A DNA stretch of 9,242 nucleotides from a virus (lineage: Duplodnaviria > Heunggongvirae > Uroviricota > Caudoviricetes), in IMG/VR virus record IMGVR_UViG_2529293240_000018. One strand, 5' to 3'. Below the pieces are notes generated by a model. That model worked only from the letters and a program-made list of their open reading frames with translations. It had not been told where the DNA came from and searched no databases. Both the position numbers and the translations under genes were made by a program. This document shows positions 1 through 9,242 of the stretch, piece after piece (the first letter of the stretch is position 1; every line of letters begins with the position of its first letter).

Positions 1-717
1 GTGAAAGTACTCAACGAGCTAAGGCAGTTTTATCCTCTTGATGAGCTTCTCAGGGCTGCGGAGATACCGCGCAGTACGTTTTATTACCATCTAAAGGCTC
101 TCAGCAAGCCTGACAAGTATGCGGACGTTAAAAAGCGTATTGGTGAGATTTATCACGAGAATAGAGGCCGATACGGATACCGTAGGGTAACGCTGTCTCT
201 TCATCGAGAAGGGAAACAGATTAACCATAAAGCTGTTCAGCGCCTGATGGGAACCCTCTCACTTAAAGCAGCGATTAAGGTCAAGCGATACCGCTCTTAC
301 AGAGGAGAGGTAGGGCAAACCGCCCCTAATGTTCTCCAAAGAGATTTCAAGGCTACGCGGCCAAACGAGAAGTGGGTTACCGATGTTACTGAATTTGCAG
401 TCAATGGGCGCAAGCTGTATTTGTCTCCAGTAATAGATCTCTTCAACAACGAAGTTATTTCTTACAGCCTTTCGGAAAGACCAGTGATGAACATGGTTGA
501 GAATATGCTCGATCAGGCATTCAAAAAGCTTAATCCTCACGAGCATCCTGTTCTGCACTCTGACCAGGGATGGCAGTATCGTATGAGAAGATATCAAAAT
601 ATCCTTAAAGAACATGGTATTAAACAAAGCATGTCCAGAAAAGGCAATTGTCTGGATAATGCTGTGGTGGAGTGTTTCTTTGGAACCTTAAAGTCGGAGT
701 GTTTTTATCTTGATGAG
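1..717 (+). mobile_element. IS150 (IS3 family) internal fragment; the 5' part with orfA lies upstream of the window and the 3' end is replaced by IS2
   Basis: Translation from position 1 matches my recollection of IS150 OrfB (InsK: MKVLNELRQFYPLDELLRAAEIPRSTFYYHLKAL...[30 protein letters not shown]). Homology stops exactly at 717, where the IS2 terminal repeat begins. Confidence 0.8.
1..717 (+). pseudogene. insK: IS150 transposase OrfB (InsK), truncated after codon 239 by the IS2 junction
   Basis: The 267-aa ORF in the track (1..804) is chimeric: codons 1-239 are InsK-like, and the last 28 aa ([28 protein letters not shown]) are translated from the IS2 right inverted repeat. The DDE region (HSDQGWQY ... 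[10 protein letters not shown]) is retained but the C-terminal ~44 aa are missing. Confidence 0.8.
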
Positions 718-728
718 TGGATTTGCCC

Positions 729-1634
729 CTATATTTCCAGACATCTGTTATCACTTAACCCATTACAAGCCCGCTGCCGCAGATATTCCCGTGGCGAGCG
801 ATAACCCAGCGCACTATGCGGATGCCATTCGTTATAATGCTCGAACGCCTCTGCAAGGTTCTTTGCTGCCGTTAACCCGTCTGGTTTGGGCATGATACTG
901 ATGTAGTCACGCTTTATCGTTTTCACGAAGCTCTCTGCTATTCCGTTACTCTCCGGACTCCGCACCGCCGTGTTCTTCGGTTCAAGTCCCAACATCCGGG
1001 CGAACTGGCGTGTTTCATTAGCCCGGTAGCATGAACCATTATCCGTCAGCCACTCCACTGGAGACGACGGAAGATCGTTGCCGAAGCGGCGTTCCACCGC
1101 TCCCAGCATGACGTCCTGTACTGTTTCACTGTTGAAGCCGCCGGTAGTCACCGCCCAGTGCAGTGCCTCACGATCACAGCAGTCCAGCGCGAACGTGACA
1201 CGCAGTCTCTCTCCGTTATCACAGCAGAACTCGAACCCGTCAGAGCACCATCGCTGATTGCTTTCTTTCACGGCTACTCTGCCTGTATGTGCCCGTTTCG
1301 ATGGCGGTACAGCAGGTTTTCGCTCAAGCAACAGCGCATTCTGGCGCATGATCCGGTAAACACGTTTGGCATTGATCGCAGGCATACCATCAAGTTCTGC
1401 CTGTCTGCGAAGCAGCGCCCATACCCGACGATAACCATACGTGGGCAGCTCTCCGATAACATGGTGTATACGGAGAAGCACATCCGTATCATCAGTGTGA
1501 CGACTGCGGCGGCCATCCATCCAGTCATCGGTTCGTCTGAGAATGACGTGCAACTGCGCACGCGACACCCGGAGACAACGGCTGACTAAGCTTACTCCCC
1601 ATCCCCGGGCAATAAGGGCGCGTGCGCTATCCAC
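729..1634 (-). CDS. insD: IS2 OrfB (InsD), DDE transposase catalytic part, 301 aa
   Basis: Translation (GTG start) [30 protein letters not shown]... matches IS2 InsD. It overlaps the end of orfA in the -1 frame. Confidence 0.9.
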
Positions 1635-1957
1635 TTTTTTGCCCGTCCATATTCAACGGCTTCTTTGAGGAGTTCATTTTCCATCGTTTTCTTGCCGAGC
1701 AGGCGCTGGAGTTCTTTAATCTGCTTCATGGCGGCAGCAAGTTCAGAGGCAGGAACAACCTGTTCTCCGGCGGCCACAGCAGTAAGACTTCCTTCCTGGT
1801 ATTGCTTACGCCAGAGAAATAACTGGCTGGCTGCTACACCATGTTGCCGGGCAACGAGGGAGACCGTCATCCCCGGTTCAAAGCTCTGCTGAACAATTGC
1901 GATCTTTTCCTGTGTGGTACGCCGTCTGCGTTTCTCCGGCCCTAAGACATCAATCAT
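1592..1957 (-). CDS. insC: IS2 OrfA (InsC), 121 aa, HTH/leucine-zipper regulator
   Basis: Translation [56 protein letters not shown]...[20 protein letters not shown] is IS2 InsC as I recall it. Confidence 0.9.
1634..1640 (-). promoter_or_regulatory. IS2 programmed -1 ribosomal frameshift heptamer A AAA AAG in the orfA/orfB overlap
   Basis: Minus strand reads GGGCAAAAAAGTGG; in the orfA frame this is gcA AAA AAG tgg. IS3-family elements use this motif to make the OrfAB transposase (established knowledge). Confidence 0.55.
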
Positions 1958-2031
1958 CTGTTCTCCAATGACTAGTCTAAAAACTGTATTAAGACTATCA
2001 CTTAAATAAGTGATACTGGTTGTCTGGAGAT

Positions 2032-2916
2032 TCAGGGGGCCAGTCTAGCAACAGTGAACGTTGTGTTGCCATTCATATCAATACCCGGCGGAGCCTTACG
2101 CCAGATGGCCGCCGCGATATCTGCCGGGCTGCCGCCGTACACGCCAACATAAAGCGAACCGGGTGTTAATGGATACTGACTGACTCCGGCTTTTTGTTCT
2201 GTTTTTTTCGGATTATGGGTGACGTAAACATCCACCACGTTTTCCACCGTGGAGAGTATTTCACCCCGGATGGCTTCCAGAATATTCCGGGCATTACGGG
2301 CAACTGAATTACGTCGGCGGTTTTCAAAGTCCGCACGGGTTTCCTCATCGCTGCCCGGCACACCGGCACTGGCGTTAGTGACACCTGACCAGCCAGGTAT
2401 TGCCTTATAAATTTTATTCAGCGTCCCCACAGGACAGCCGACGGGGCCGGTGGACAAATTCAGAAATACCGCATCAACCTGCCCTGATGCGCCGATAGTG
2501 ACGTCTGACTGACTGACATACTTATAACCGGCCTCATCCTGCGCCATACTGCCCGCCGGGATCAGCGTGCCAACCAGCCCGGTACAGGTCGCTGTTACTG
2601 TCGTACCTGTGGCCCCGCGGCGCTCCAGGAAATAAATCCTGCCTATTGCATCCTGAAAGCGACCACTGGAAAAGTCAGGGTTGATCTGGTTAACGATATA
2701 CAGCAACTGATCGTTTTTATCCGCAATAATGGCGCTTTCGCTGGATGCAAGTTGTCCCTGCGGACTGCTCAGACTGGTACTCATGGCCCCGCCCAGCGCC
2801 GCCGAAAAATCAGCAAGCCTGCCGCTCAGAATATCCGCTTCATCCGGCACATTCAGCCCGCTATCCGAAATCTGTACAGCGGGCACTGCGGTAGAAAAAG
2901 ATTTATTTTCACTCAT
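2032..2916 (-). pseudogene. Phage baseplate J-like protein (Mu gp47 / P2 gpJ-like), C-terminally truncated at the IS2 junction
   Basis: 294-aa ORF; the last 4 codons (RLAP) and the stop come from the IS2 terminus (2032..2047). Position downstream of gpV-like and gp46-like genes, with a 4-bp start/stop overlap with the upstream gene. Internal segment ETRADFENRRRNSVARNARNILEAIRGEILSTVENVVDVYVTHNP loosely resembles the gpJ core. Family call is by synteny and weak similarity. Confidence 0.5.
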
Positions 2917-3269
2917 AGCAGTACCGTAAAAATGTCATTATTGGTATCTGTAATACGCAGCACACCTGTTACTGTCCGGGTTTGATCAGCTGTGACCAGG
3001 CAGACAGCGGCGCTCACGGTCGGCAGTTTAAGTGCTTCCTGTTGCAGAGTGGCATTCACCAGTTGTGTGCCGGGCCAGTGTCCGAGGATGCGTGGCCAGT
3101 AAGGTATGCCAGCCGTTGAGTCGTACCAGCACTCCCCCAGAAAAGTACTGCACGCACACGCCACATCCTGAGCTACCGCATGGGGATTATCAGTAATGGC
3201 AAGATTTCCGGTATCATCAAGCAGGATATCCCATGTCCCGGTGTCAAGAAGAAGTGATCGTGACTGCAT
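2913..3269 (-). CDS. Phage baseplate protein, Mu gp46-like by position and size (118 aa)
   Basis: Intact ORF between the gpV-like and J-like genes in the canonical hub-V-gp46-gp47 order; no diagnostic motif recognised. Confidence 0.4.
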   Translation of the reverse strand: MQSRSLLLDTGTWDILLDDTGNLAITDNPHAVAQDVACACSTFLGECWYDSTAGIPYWPRILGHWPGTQLVNATLQQEALKLPTVSAAVCLVTADQTRTVTGVLRITDTNNDIFTVLL

Positions 3270-3281
3270 GTTTTCTCCTGT

Positions 3282-3939
3282 TTACCGGGGTCCCTGCGTG
3301 GTTGAGCCGCCGGACTCAACGCCGCCGTGAACGTGGTTTCCAAAATCAATACCCCCGATGTTCGAACCGCCGGAAAGCCTGGACTGCCCGGTAACGTCAA
3401 GCCCCTTACTGACGGCGGTATCGCCGTTCAGCGCAATTTGTGGTGAATTAACGGTGAAGCTTTTCGGCGCATTAATCACACCCTCAGGCGCGGATATCTC
3501 CACTTTCCAGGGAGATACAATCCGTATCTGGTTGTCATCAAATACCACAAACTGGACGGGATCACCGTTGAGCACGCCACCCAGCCAGATGGCATCAGCA
3601 TAATTATGGGTACGCTTTGATCCCGGCATCGCAGCCTGACGCGTGGCTTTTACCGCACTGATATCCCGATCGCAGATGGCAAGAAAACCGATATCCCCCA
3701 CATGTGGCGGCATAATCACCGCATTACCGCCCCCCTGTAGTCGCCATACGGGAATGTTATAAATCACCTCATGTTCAACCGGGGAACCGTCTGCTGCAAC
3801 GCCCATTACCATCGGTCGGGCCTCAATAAATCCCTCTTCCACGGCTACCACCCGTCCCAGAGTGATAAACGCATGACGTCCGAGAAACTGCCGCAGCATA
3901 AAGTCCTGTGCATTGATTTCGCTGTTCACGTCTGTCGGG

Positions 3940-3959
<20 letters not shown>
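3282..3959 (-). CDS. Phage baseplate assembly protein V / central spike (Mu gp45 / P2 gpV-like), 225 aa
   Basis: C-terminal glycine-rich apex motif ...GGSNIGGIDFGNHVHGGVESGGSTTQGPR resembles the P2 gpV C-terminus (..HTHKHPGDSGGTTGSP..). Overlaps the upstream gene by 20 bp, typical of a phage morphogenesis operon. Confidence 0.65.
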
Positions 3960-5616
<1,657 letters not shown>

Positions 5617-5685
5617 TGGAGCACCTGTGTTGTTCTGAGGTGAGCATATCACCTCTGTTCAGGTGGCCAAATTCAGTGTGCCACT

Positions 5686-5967
5686 TCACTTTAGCTCACC
5701 GTTTTGCAGGAGAATGTCGAGCACATCCATCTGGTCGATTTCAACCAATCTACGAAGAACATAAGCGGCATCTATACCTACCTCTTCGTTTCGCTCGGCT
5801 TTAAGCTCAGCAATGCGCTTTGCGATATTAGCTTTTATTAGGTTTTTGCATCCTTGTACGGCGGCAGAATCCTCACTGTAACCCGCCCTGATGGCTGCTT
5901 GCGTGGCATTGAGATCTTTCAGGTACTCACGGGCAAACAGCTCTTGTTTGTCGGTGAGCTTTGCCAT
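5686..5967 (-). pseudogene. Phage terminase small subunit (TerS), N-terminal 93 aa, C-terminally truncated by IS911
   Basis: MAKLTDKQELFAREYLKDLNATQAAIRAGYSEDSAAVQGCKNLIKANIAKRIAELKAERNEEVGIDAAYVLRRL... has the typical small-terminase N-terminal motif (MAKLT.KQE.F..EYL.D.NATQAAIRAGYS). The stop codon is the TGA of the IS911 terminus. A GGAG Shine-Dalgarno sits about 10 nt upstream of the ATG. Confidence 0.75.
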
Positions 5968-6098
5968 TATTTGTGCTCCGTTTATCCGTTAAAAGGGATA
6001 TCAGTTAAGTTATCCCGTGTAGGGTATAAGCCATTATCAAGCCCACCAGTAGATGGACTTTGTAATGAAGAGCCGTTGTGAAAGTAGCTCTCAGGTTG

Positions 6099-6302
6099 TC
6101 ATTTTTCCCTTTTCTGCCTACCTGCCCACTGTTTTGCAATGTACAGGCAGTCATCGAAAACTCGGCCTTTTCTGCTGGCTTGTGAACAACGGCGGTAATG
6201 CTCCACCGCCATGTCAGCGCCAGTCATAGCCGCGTTCTGGTCGTACCCAAGCTTTATTAACTCGGTTGTTACATTTTTATGTATGAAATCAATCGGAGTC
6301 AT
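6099..6302 (-). CDS. Hypothetical small phage protein, 67 aa
   Basis: Open frame MTPIDFIHKNVTTELIKLGYDQNAAMTGADMAVEHYRRCSQASRKGRVFDDCLYIAKQWAGRQKREK, co-oriented with and upstream of terS. Its start codon overlaps the stop of the upstream small ORF (ATGA). No family recognised. Confidence 0.45.
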   Translation of the reverse strand: MTPIDFIHKNVTTELIKLGYDQNAAMTGADMAVEHYRRCSQASRKGRVFDDCLYIAKQWAGRQKREK

Positions 6303-6415
6303 GCTGGTTTACCATCAGGGAAATCCCCCATGTCACATAGCTTGAACTGAATCAGATCCTTCACAAGCTGCTCAGCCTTTTTAATGGCCTTCTTCTCTTT
6401 CTTCCGACGAGTCAT
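6299..6415 (-). CDS. Small lysine-rich ORF, 38 aa (below the ORF-track cutoff), possibly 5'-truncated by IS600
   Basis: ATG at 6413-6415 (minus): MTRRKKEKKAIKKAEQLVKDLIQFKLCDMGDFPDGKPA, with its TGA overlapping the ATG of the 67-aa ORF. The frame stays open upstream into the IS600 end 10 bp away, so the true N-terminus may be lost. Confidence 0.3.
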   Translation of the reverse strand: MTRRKKEKKAIKKAEQLVKDLIQFKLCDMGDFPDGKPA

Positions 6416-6489
6416 GAGAGCGCTATGAGGTAGCCTGAGTTTAACGGACACTCCTTCCTGAAATAGAATGGCATCAGAAGGAGCTAATA

Positions 6490-6792
6490 ATGAGCAGAAA
6501 AACCCAACGTTACTCTAAAGAGTTCAAAGCCGAAGCTGTCAGAACGGTTCTTGAAAATCAACTTTCGATCAGTGAAGGCGCTTCCCGATTATCCCTTCCT
6601 GAAGGCACTTTAGGACAATGGGTTACCGCCGCAAGAAAAGGGCTCGGTACTCCTGGTTCCCGCACGGTGGCTGAACTGGAATCTGAAATTCTGCAACTGC
6701 GTAAGGCGTTAAATGAAGCTCGCCTTGAGCGAGATATATTAAAAAAAGCAACAGCGTATTTTGCACAGGAGTCGCTGAAAAATACGCGTTAA
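6490..6792 (+). CDS. IS600 OrfA (HTH/leucine-zipper regulator), 100 aa
   Basis: MSRKTQRYSKEFKAEAVRTVLENQLSISEGASRLSLPEGTLGQWVTAARKG...DILKKATAYFAQESLKNTR; intact. Confidence 0.85.
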   Translation: MSRKTQRYSKEFKAEAVRTVLENQLSISEGASRLSLPEGTLGQWVTAARKGLGTPGSRTVAELESEILQLRKALNEARLERDILKKATAYFAQESLKNTR

Positions 6793-7668
6793 TCGAACAA
6801 TGGCGACAACAATTTCCCATTGAAGCGATGTGTCAGGTATTTGGTGTATCCAGGAGCGGTTATTACAACTGGGTACAGCATGAACCCTCAGACAGAAACA
6901 AAGTGATGAGCGGCTAAAACTGGAGATTAAGGTGGCACATATCCGCACTCGCGAAACATATGGAACCCGGCGGCTCCAGACGGAGCTGGCAGAGAATGGC
7001 ATCATCGTTGGTCGTGACCGACTGGCACGTCTTCGTAAGGAGCTAAGGCTACGCTGTAAGCAGAAACGCAAGTTCAGAGCGACTACGAACCCGAACCACA
7101 ATCTGCCAGTTGCGCCAAATCTGCTGAACCAGACGTTCGCTCCTACAGCACCAAATCAGGTCTGGGTGGCGGACCAAATCAGGTCTGGGTGGCGGACCTG
7201 ACGTATGTTGCCACACAGGAGGGATGGTTGTACCTCGCTGGCATCAAAGATGTTTATACGTGCGAAATTGTCGGCTACGCCATGGGAGAGCGCATGATAA
7301 AAGAGCTGACAGGTAAAGCCCTGTTTATGGCGCTCAGGAGCCAGCGCCCACCTGCCGGGCTAATCCACCACTCTGATCGAGGTTCACAGTACTGCGCATA
7401 CGATTACCGGGTCATACAGGAGCAGTCTGGTCTGAAAACATCAATGTCGCGTAAAGGTAACTGTTACGACAACGCTCCGATGGAAAGCTTCTGGGGAACG
7501 CTGAAAAATGAGAGCCTGAGCCACTATCGTTTTAATAACCGGGATGAAGCCATCTCAGTAATACGGGAATACATTGAGATTTTCTACAATCGTCAGCGTC
7601 GTCACTCTCGTCTGGGGAATATCTCCCCGGCAGCCTTCAGGGAAAAATATCATCAGATGGCTGCTTAA
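6741..7668 (+). pseudogene. IS600 OrfB transposase, disrupted by a 1-bp deletion and a 23-bp tandem duplication
   Basis: OrfB homology runs through three frames: frame 0 from the A7 slippery run at 6741-6747 (..FPIEAMCQVFGVSRSGYYNWVQHEPSDR); frame 2 from about 6896 (KQSDERLKLEIKVAHIRTRETYG...APNQVWVAD); frame 1 after the duplication (LTYVATQEGWLYLAGIKD...HSDRGSQY...[18 protein letters not shown]...). Confidence 0.8.
7151..7196 (+). repeat. Perfect 23-bp tandem duplication (2 copies of CCAAATCAGGTCTGGGTGGCGGA) inside IS600 orfB
   Basis: Read directly: 7151-7173 and 7174-7196 are identical. It duplicates the codons for PNQVWVAD and shifts the frame. Confidence 0.9.
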
Positions 7669-7691
7669 AAAAGAACAAATGGTAGTGTCCG

Positions 7692-8307
7692 CTATTGCCA
7701 GTACACCTCATAACCGCGTTCGATCGGTTTAGGGGGAAGTGGTGCCTGAACGATGACATCACACCGGCTACAGGCCAGTTTGGGACGTATGGTTTCGATA
7801 ACTTTAAAGGCGGTATTAATGATATCCAGTTGCTCTGAGATTGTTTCCCCCATTTCTTTCAGAACACCTCCACAGGCCGGGCAACTGGTTTCAGCAGGCA
7901 GAAGGCGATGTGTCTCCCGGGGAAGTTCTGCCGGCAGCGGTTTTCGTGAAGATTTTCGTCCCGGGAATTCAGGCTTACTGGCGATCGGGTTTTCTGACGG
8001 GGGACTGGTGTCAGGTGAATCTGTGACTGACGATGCATCTTCCAGAAGATTTCTGGCTGTGTTCAGCCGGTTTTCCAGTTCCGACAGTCGTTTTTCTGCC
8101 TGTCGGATCTGATTTTCAAGCTTATGACGCTTTTTCTCTGAACTCTGGCCGAACAACATACGACGCAACCTGTCGAGTTGCGCTTTTCAGCCGTTCAATT
8201 TCCTGCTCATAGCCCGCGACCTGACAGGCATACTGTCGAAGCCGACTCTGTTGCTTACGCAACATGGCTTTAAGCAGCTCAATATCATCGGGGAGTTCAT
8301 TGTTCAT
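7692..8307 (-). pseudogene. IS66-family transposase TnpC, N-terminal ~205 codons only, with an internal frameshift
   Basis: The 61-aa (8122..8307) and 158-aa (7692..8168) ORFs are two frames of one gene: MNNELPDDIELLKAMLRKQQ...EQEIERLK | AQLDRLRRMLFGQSSEKKRHKLENQ...CPACGG.... Removing one base from the T4 run at 8184-8187 (plus) rejoins them. Homology ends at 7711; the last codons come from IS600. Confidence 0.75.
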
Positions 8308-8319
8308 TCCCTTGTTTTA

Positions 8320-8669
8320 TCACGGGTTATATCCGGATGCCAGGCCGTTCTGTCCGTTTGGGATGTTGCCACGGATCCCCTCCAGTAGCATGGATAACTG
8401 AGCTGGCGTCAGGTGCACTTCCTCCCGGGTCACCGGCCAGAGAAGCGGCCCCGTTCCAGGCGTTTGGCGAACAGGCATAACCCGTCACGATCGGCCCACA
8501 GTATTTTCACCATTTTGCCACTGCGGCCCCGGAAGACGAAGATATGCCCGGAGAACGGGTCATCTTTCAGCGTGTTCTGCACCTTCGAAGCCAGGCCATT
8601 GAAGCCACAACGCATATCTGTGATGCCAGCGATGATCCAGATTTTGGTACCGGTCGGCAGCGTTATCAT
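8320..8669 (-). pseudogene. IS66-family TnpB (orf2), apparently carrying two frame-disrupting indels
   Basis: Frame 1 gives MITLPTGTKIWIIAGITDMRCGFNGLASKVQNTLKDDPFSGHIFVFRGRSGKMVKILWADRDGLCLFAKRLERGRF. A second frame continues WPVTREEVHLTPAQLSMLLEGI. A third gives DPWQHPKRTERPGIRI. Breaks are near 8436-8446 and 8366-8380; exact positions need a reference alignment. Confidence 0.6.
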
Positions 8670-9164
8670 CGGATACCCCCTTTCATTTCGCGGATTAGCG
8701 CCCGTAACAGTTCCGGAGTGAGAGGGTCAAACAGTTTTACCACACCTGATTTTAAGATGCAGCTCGCACCGTGGGACGTTTCCGGGAGCCCCCTCAGGGC
8801 GCTCATCATGCTTGTTACGCCAGAAGGGATTTGTAACTGGTCTGGTCGGCTCCGGCGTATCAGTCAGAGCCACCGGGACAGGCATGCATTCCTGTATGTC
8901 ATCATCGCTCAGTAAGCCGTCCTCGTACTGGCTTTTCCATTTAAACAGCAGGTTATTATTGATATCGTGTTCTCTGGCGATCCGGGCAACAACAGCCCCA
9001 GGCTGTAACGCCTGCTTAGCCAGACGGACCTTAAATTCACGGCTATAGCTGGTTCGCCGTTCTTTTCGCCATGAGCCTTCTCTGATTTGAGGCTCTGTTA
9101 ATTCCTTCTTTCTGTTGGCATAAAGGATGGCGTCAAGTTGAGCGAATGAAACTGAATCGGGCAA
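8667..9164 (-). pseudogene. IS66-family TnpA (orf1), with a frameshift near the C-terminus
   Basis: 145-aa ORF (8727..9164) ...RTSYSREFKVRLAKQALQPGAVVARIAREHDINNNLLFKWKSQYEDG...CELHLKI. The expected C-terminus (GVVKLFDPLTPELLRALIREMKGGIR, stop overlapping the tnpB ATG in ATGA) is in another frame; the break is near 8741-8750. Confidence 0.6.
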
Positions 9165-9242
9165 TGGCCATGCGATACCGGATGCAAGAAATCGCTGAAA
9201 AAGCGTATGTATTGTGGAATGACTGAGACCCAGACGCTGAGC

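Larger units (their letters stand above)
718..2047 (-). mobile_element. IS2 (IS3 family), apparently complete, 1330 bp
   Basis: Termini match recalled IS2 ends: TGGATTTGCCCCTATATTTCCAGACATCTGTTATCACTTAACCC at 718, and the reverse complement of TAGACTGGCCCCCTGAATCTCCAGACAACCA ending at 2047. Both IS2 ORFs are intact inside. Flanking 5-mers (atgag / gcaac) differ, so there is no target-site duplication. Confidence 0.9.
6426..7710 (+). mobile_element. IS600 (IS3 family), defective copy: 1285 bp, or 1262 bp without the internal 23-bp duplication
   Basis: Left end TGAGGTAGCCTGAGTTTAACGGACACTCC at 6426; right end ...GTAGTGTCCGCTATTGCCAGTACACCTCA ending at 7710 (imperfect inverted repeat sharing TGAGGT...CGGACACT). 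orfA and orfB translations match IS600 as I recall it. Flanking triplets differ, so no target-site duplication. Confidence 0.8.
7711..9242 (-). mobile_element. IS66-family element, degraded and partial (tnpA-tnpB-tnpC' on the minus strand; the 3' two thirds of tnpC are missing at the IS600 junction; the 5' end may lie beyond the window)
   Basis: Three co-oriented ORF remnants with the IS66 orf1/orf2/orf3 organisation and characteristic sequences (see the individual entries). Confidence 0.75.

Noticed and set aside
259-627. 122-aa minus-strand ORF inside the IS150 insK region
   Set aside because: Antisense to a well-supported transposase frame; no recognisable protein features.
1158-1589. 143-aa plus-strand ORF, with the overlapping 95-aa minus-strand ORF (1274..1561) and the small plus-strand ORFs at 1622..1892
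   Set aside because: They lie inside IS2, antisense to or out of frame with insC/insD; they are shadow ORFs of the transposase genes.
2166-3603. Several 66-81-aa ORFs overlapping the baseplate genes (2166..2384 -, 2729..2929 +, 2752..2985 +, 3173..3400 -, 3358..3603 +)
   Set aside because: Alternative-frame or antisense ORFs inside longer, syntenic phage genes.
5854-6081. 75-aa plus-strand ORF overlapping the terS fragment and the intergenic hairpin
   Set aside because: Antisense to terS; most likely spurious.
5689-6425. Possibility that the 38-aa/67-aa ORF pair is a toxin-antitoxin or defence module
   Set aside because: Kept only as an open question. The sequence gives no positive evidence (no recognisable toxin fold motif, no adjacent regulator), and the position just upstream of terS is equally consistent with ordinary small phage genes.
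6623-7101. Minus-strand ORFs of 65 and 120 aa inside IS600
   Set aside because: Antisense to IS600 orfA/orfB.
7753-8112. 119-aa and 61-aa plus-strand ORFs opposite IS66 tnpC
   Set aside because: Antisense shadow ORFs.
8413-9048. Plus-strand ORFs of 78-123 aa opposite IS66 tnpA/tnpB
   Set aside because: Antisense shadow ORFs of the IS66 genes.

Overview
This window looks like enterobacterial (E. coli/Shigella-like) accessory DNA in which about two thirds of the bases are insertion-sequence DNA and the rest is two short remnants of a tailed prophage. Five IS elements are present: an IS150 fragment (1-717), a complete IS2 (718-2047), IS911 (4441-5688), a defective IS600 (6426-7710) and a degraded, truncated IS66-family element (7711 to the window end). 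The prophage remnants, all on the minus strand, are a baseplate module (2048-4440: hub-like fragment, gpV-like spike, gp46-like, J-like) and a small-terminase fragment with two small upstream ORFs (5689-6425). Every IS/IS and IS/phage junction truncates a gene and none shows a matching target-site duplication, so the locus reads as the product of successive IS insertions and IS-mediated deletions. I found no CRISPR array, tRNA/rRNA or recognisable defence or toxin system. The only coding capacity I cannot explain is a translationally coupled pair of small ORFs (38 aa and 67 aa) upstream of the terS fragment. All family assignments are from reading the translations and recalled IS terminal sequences, not from a database search.
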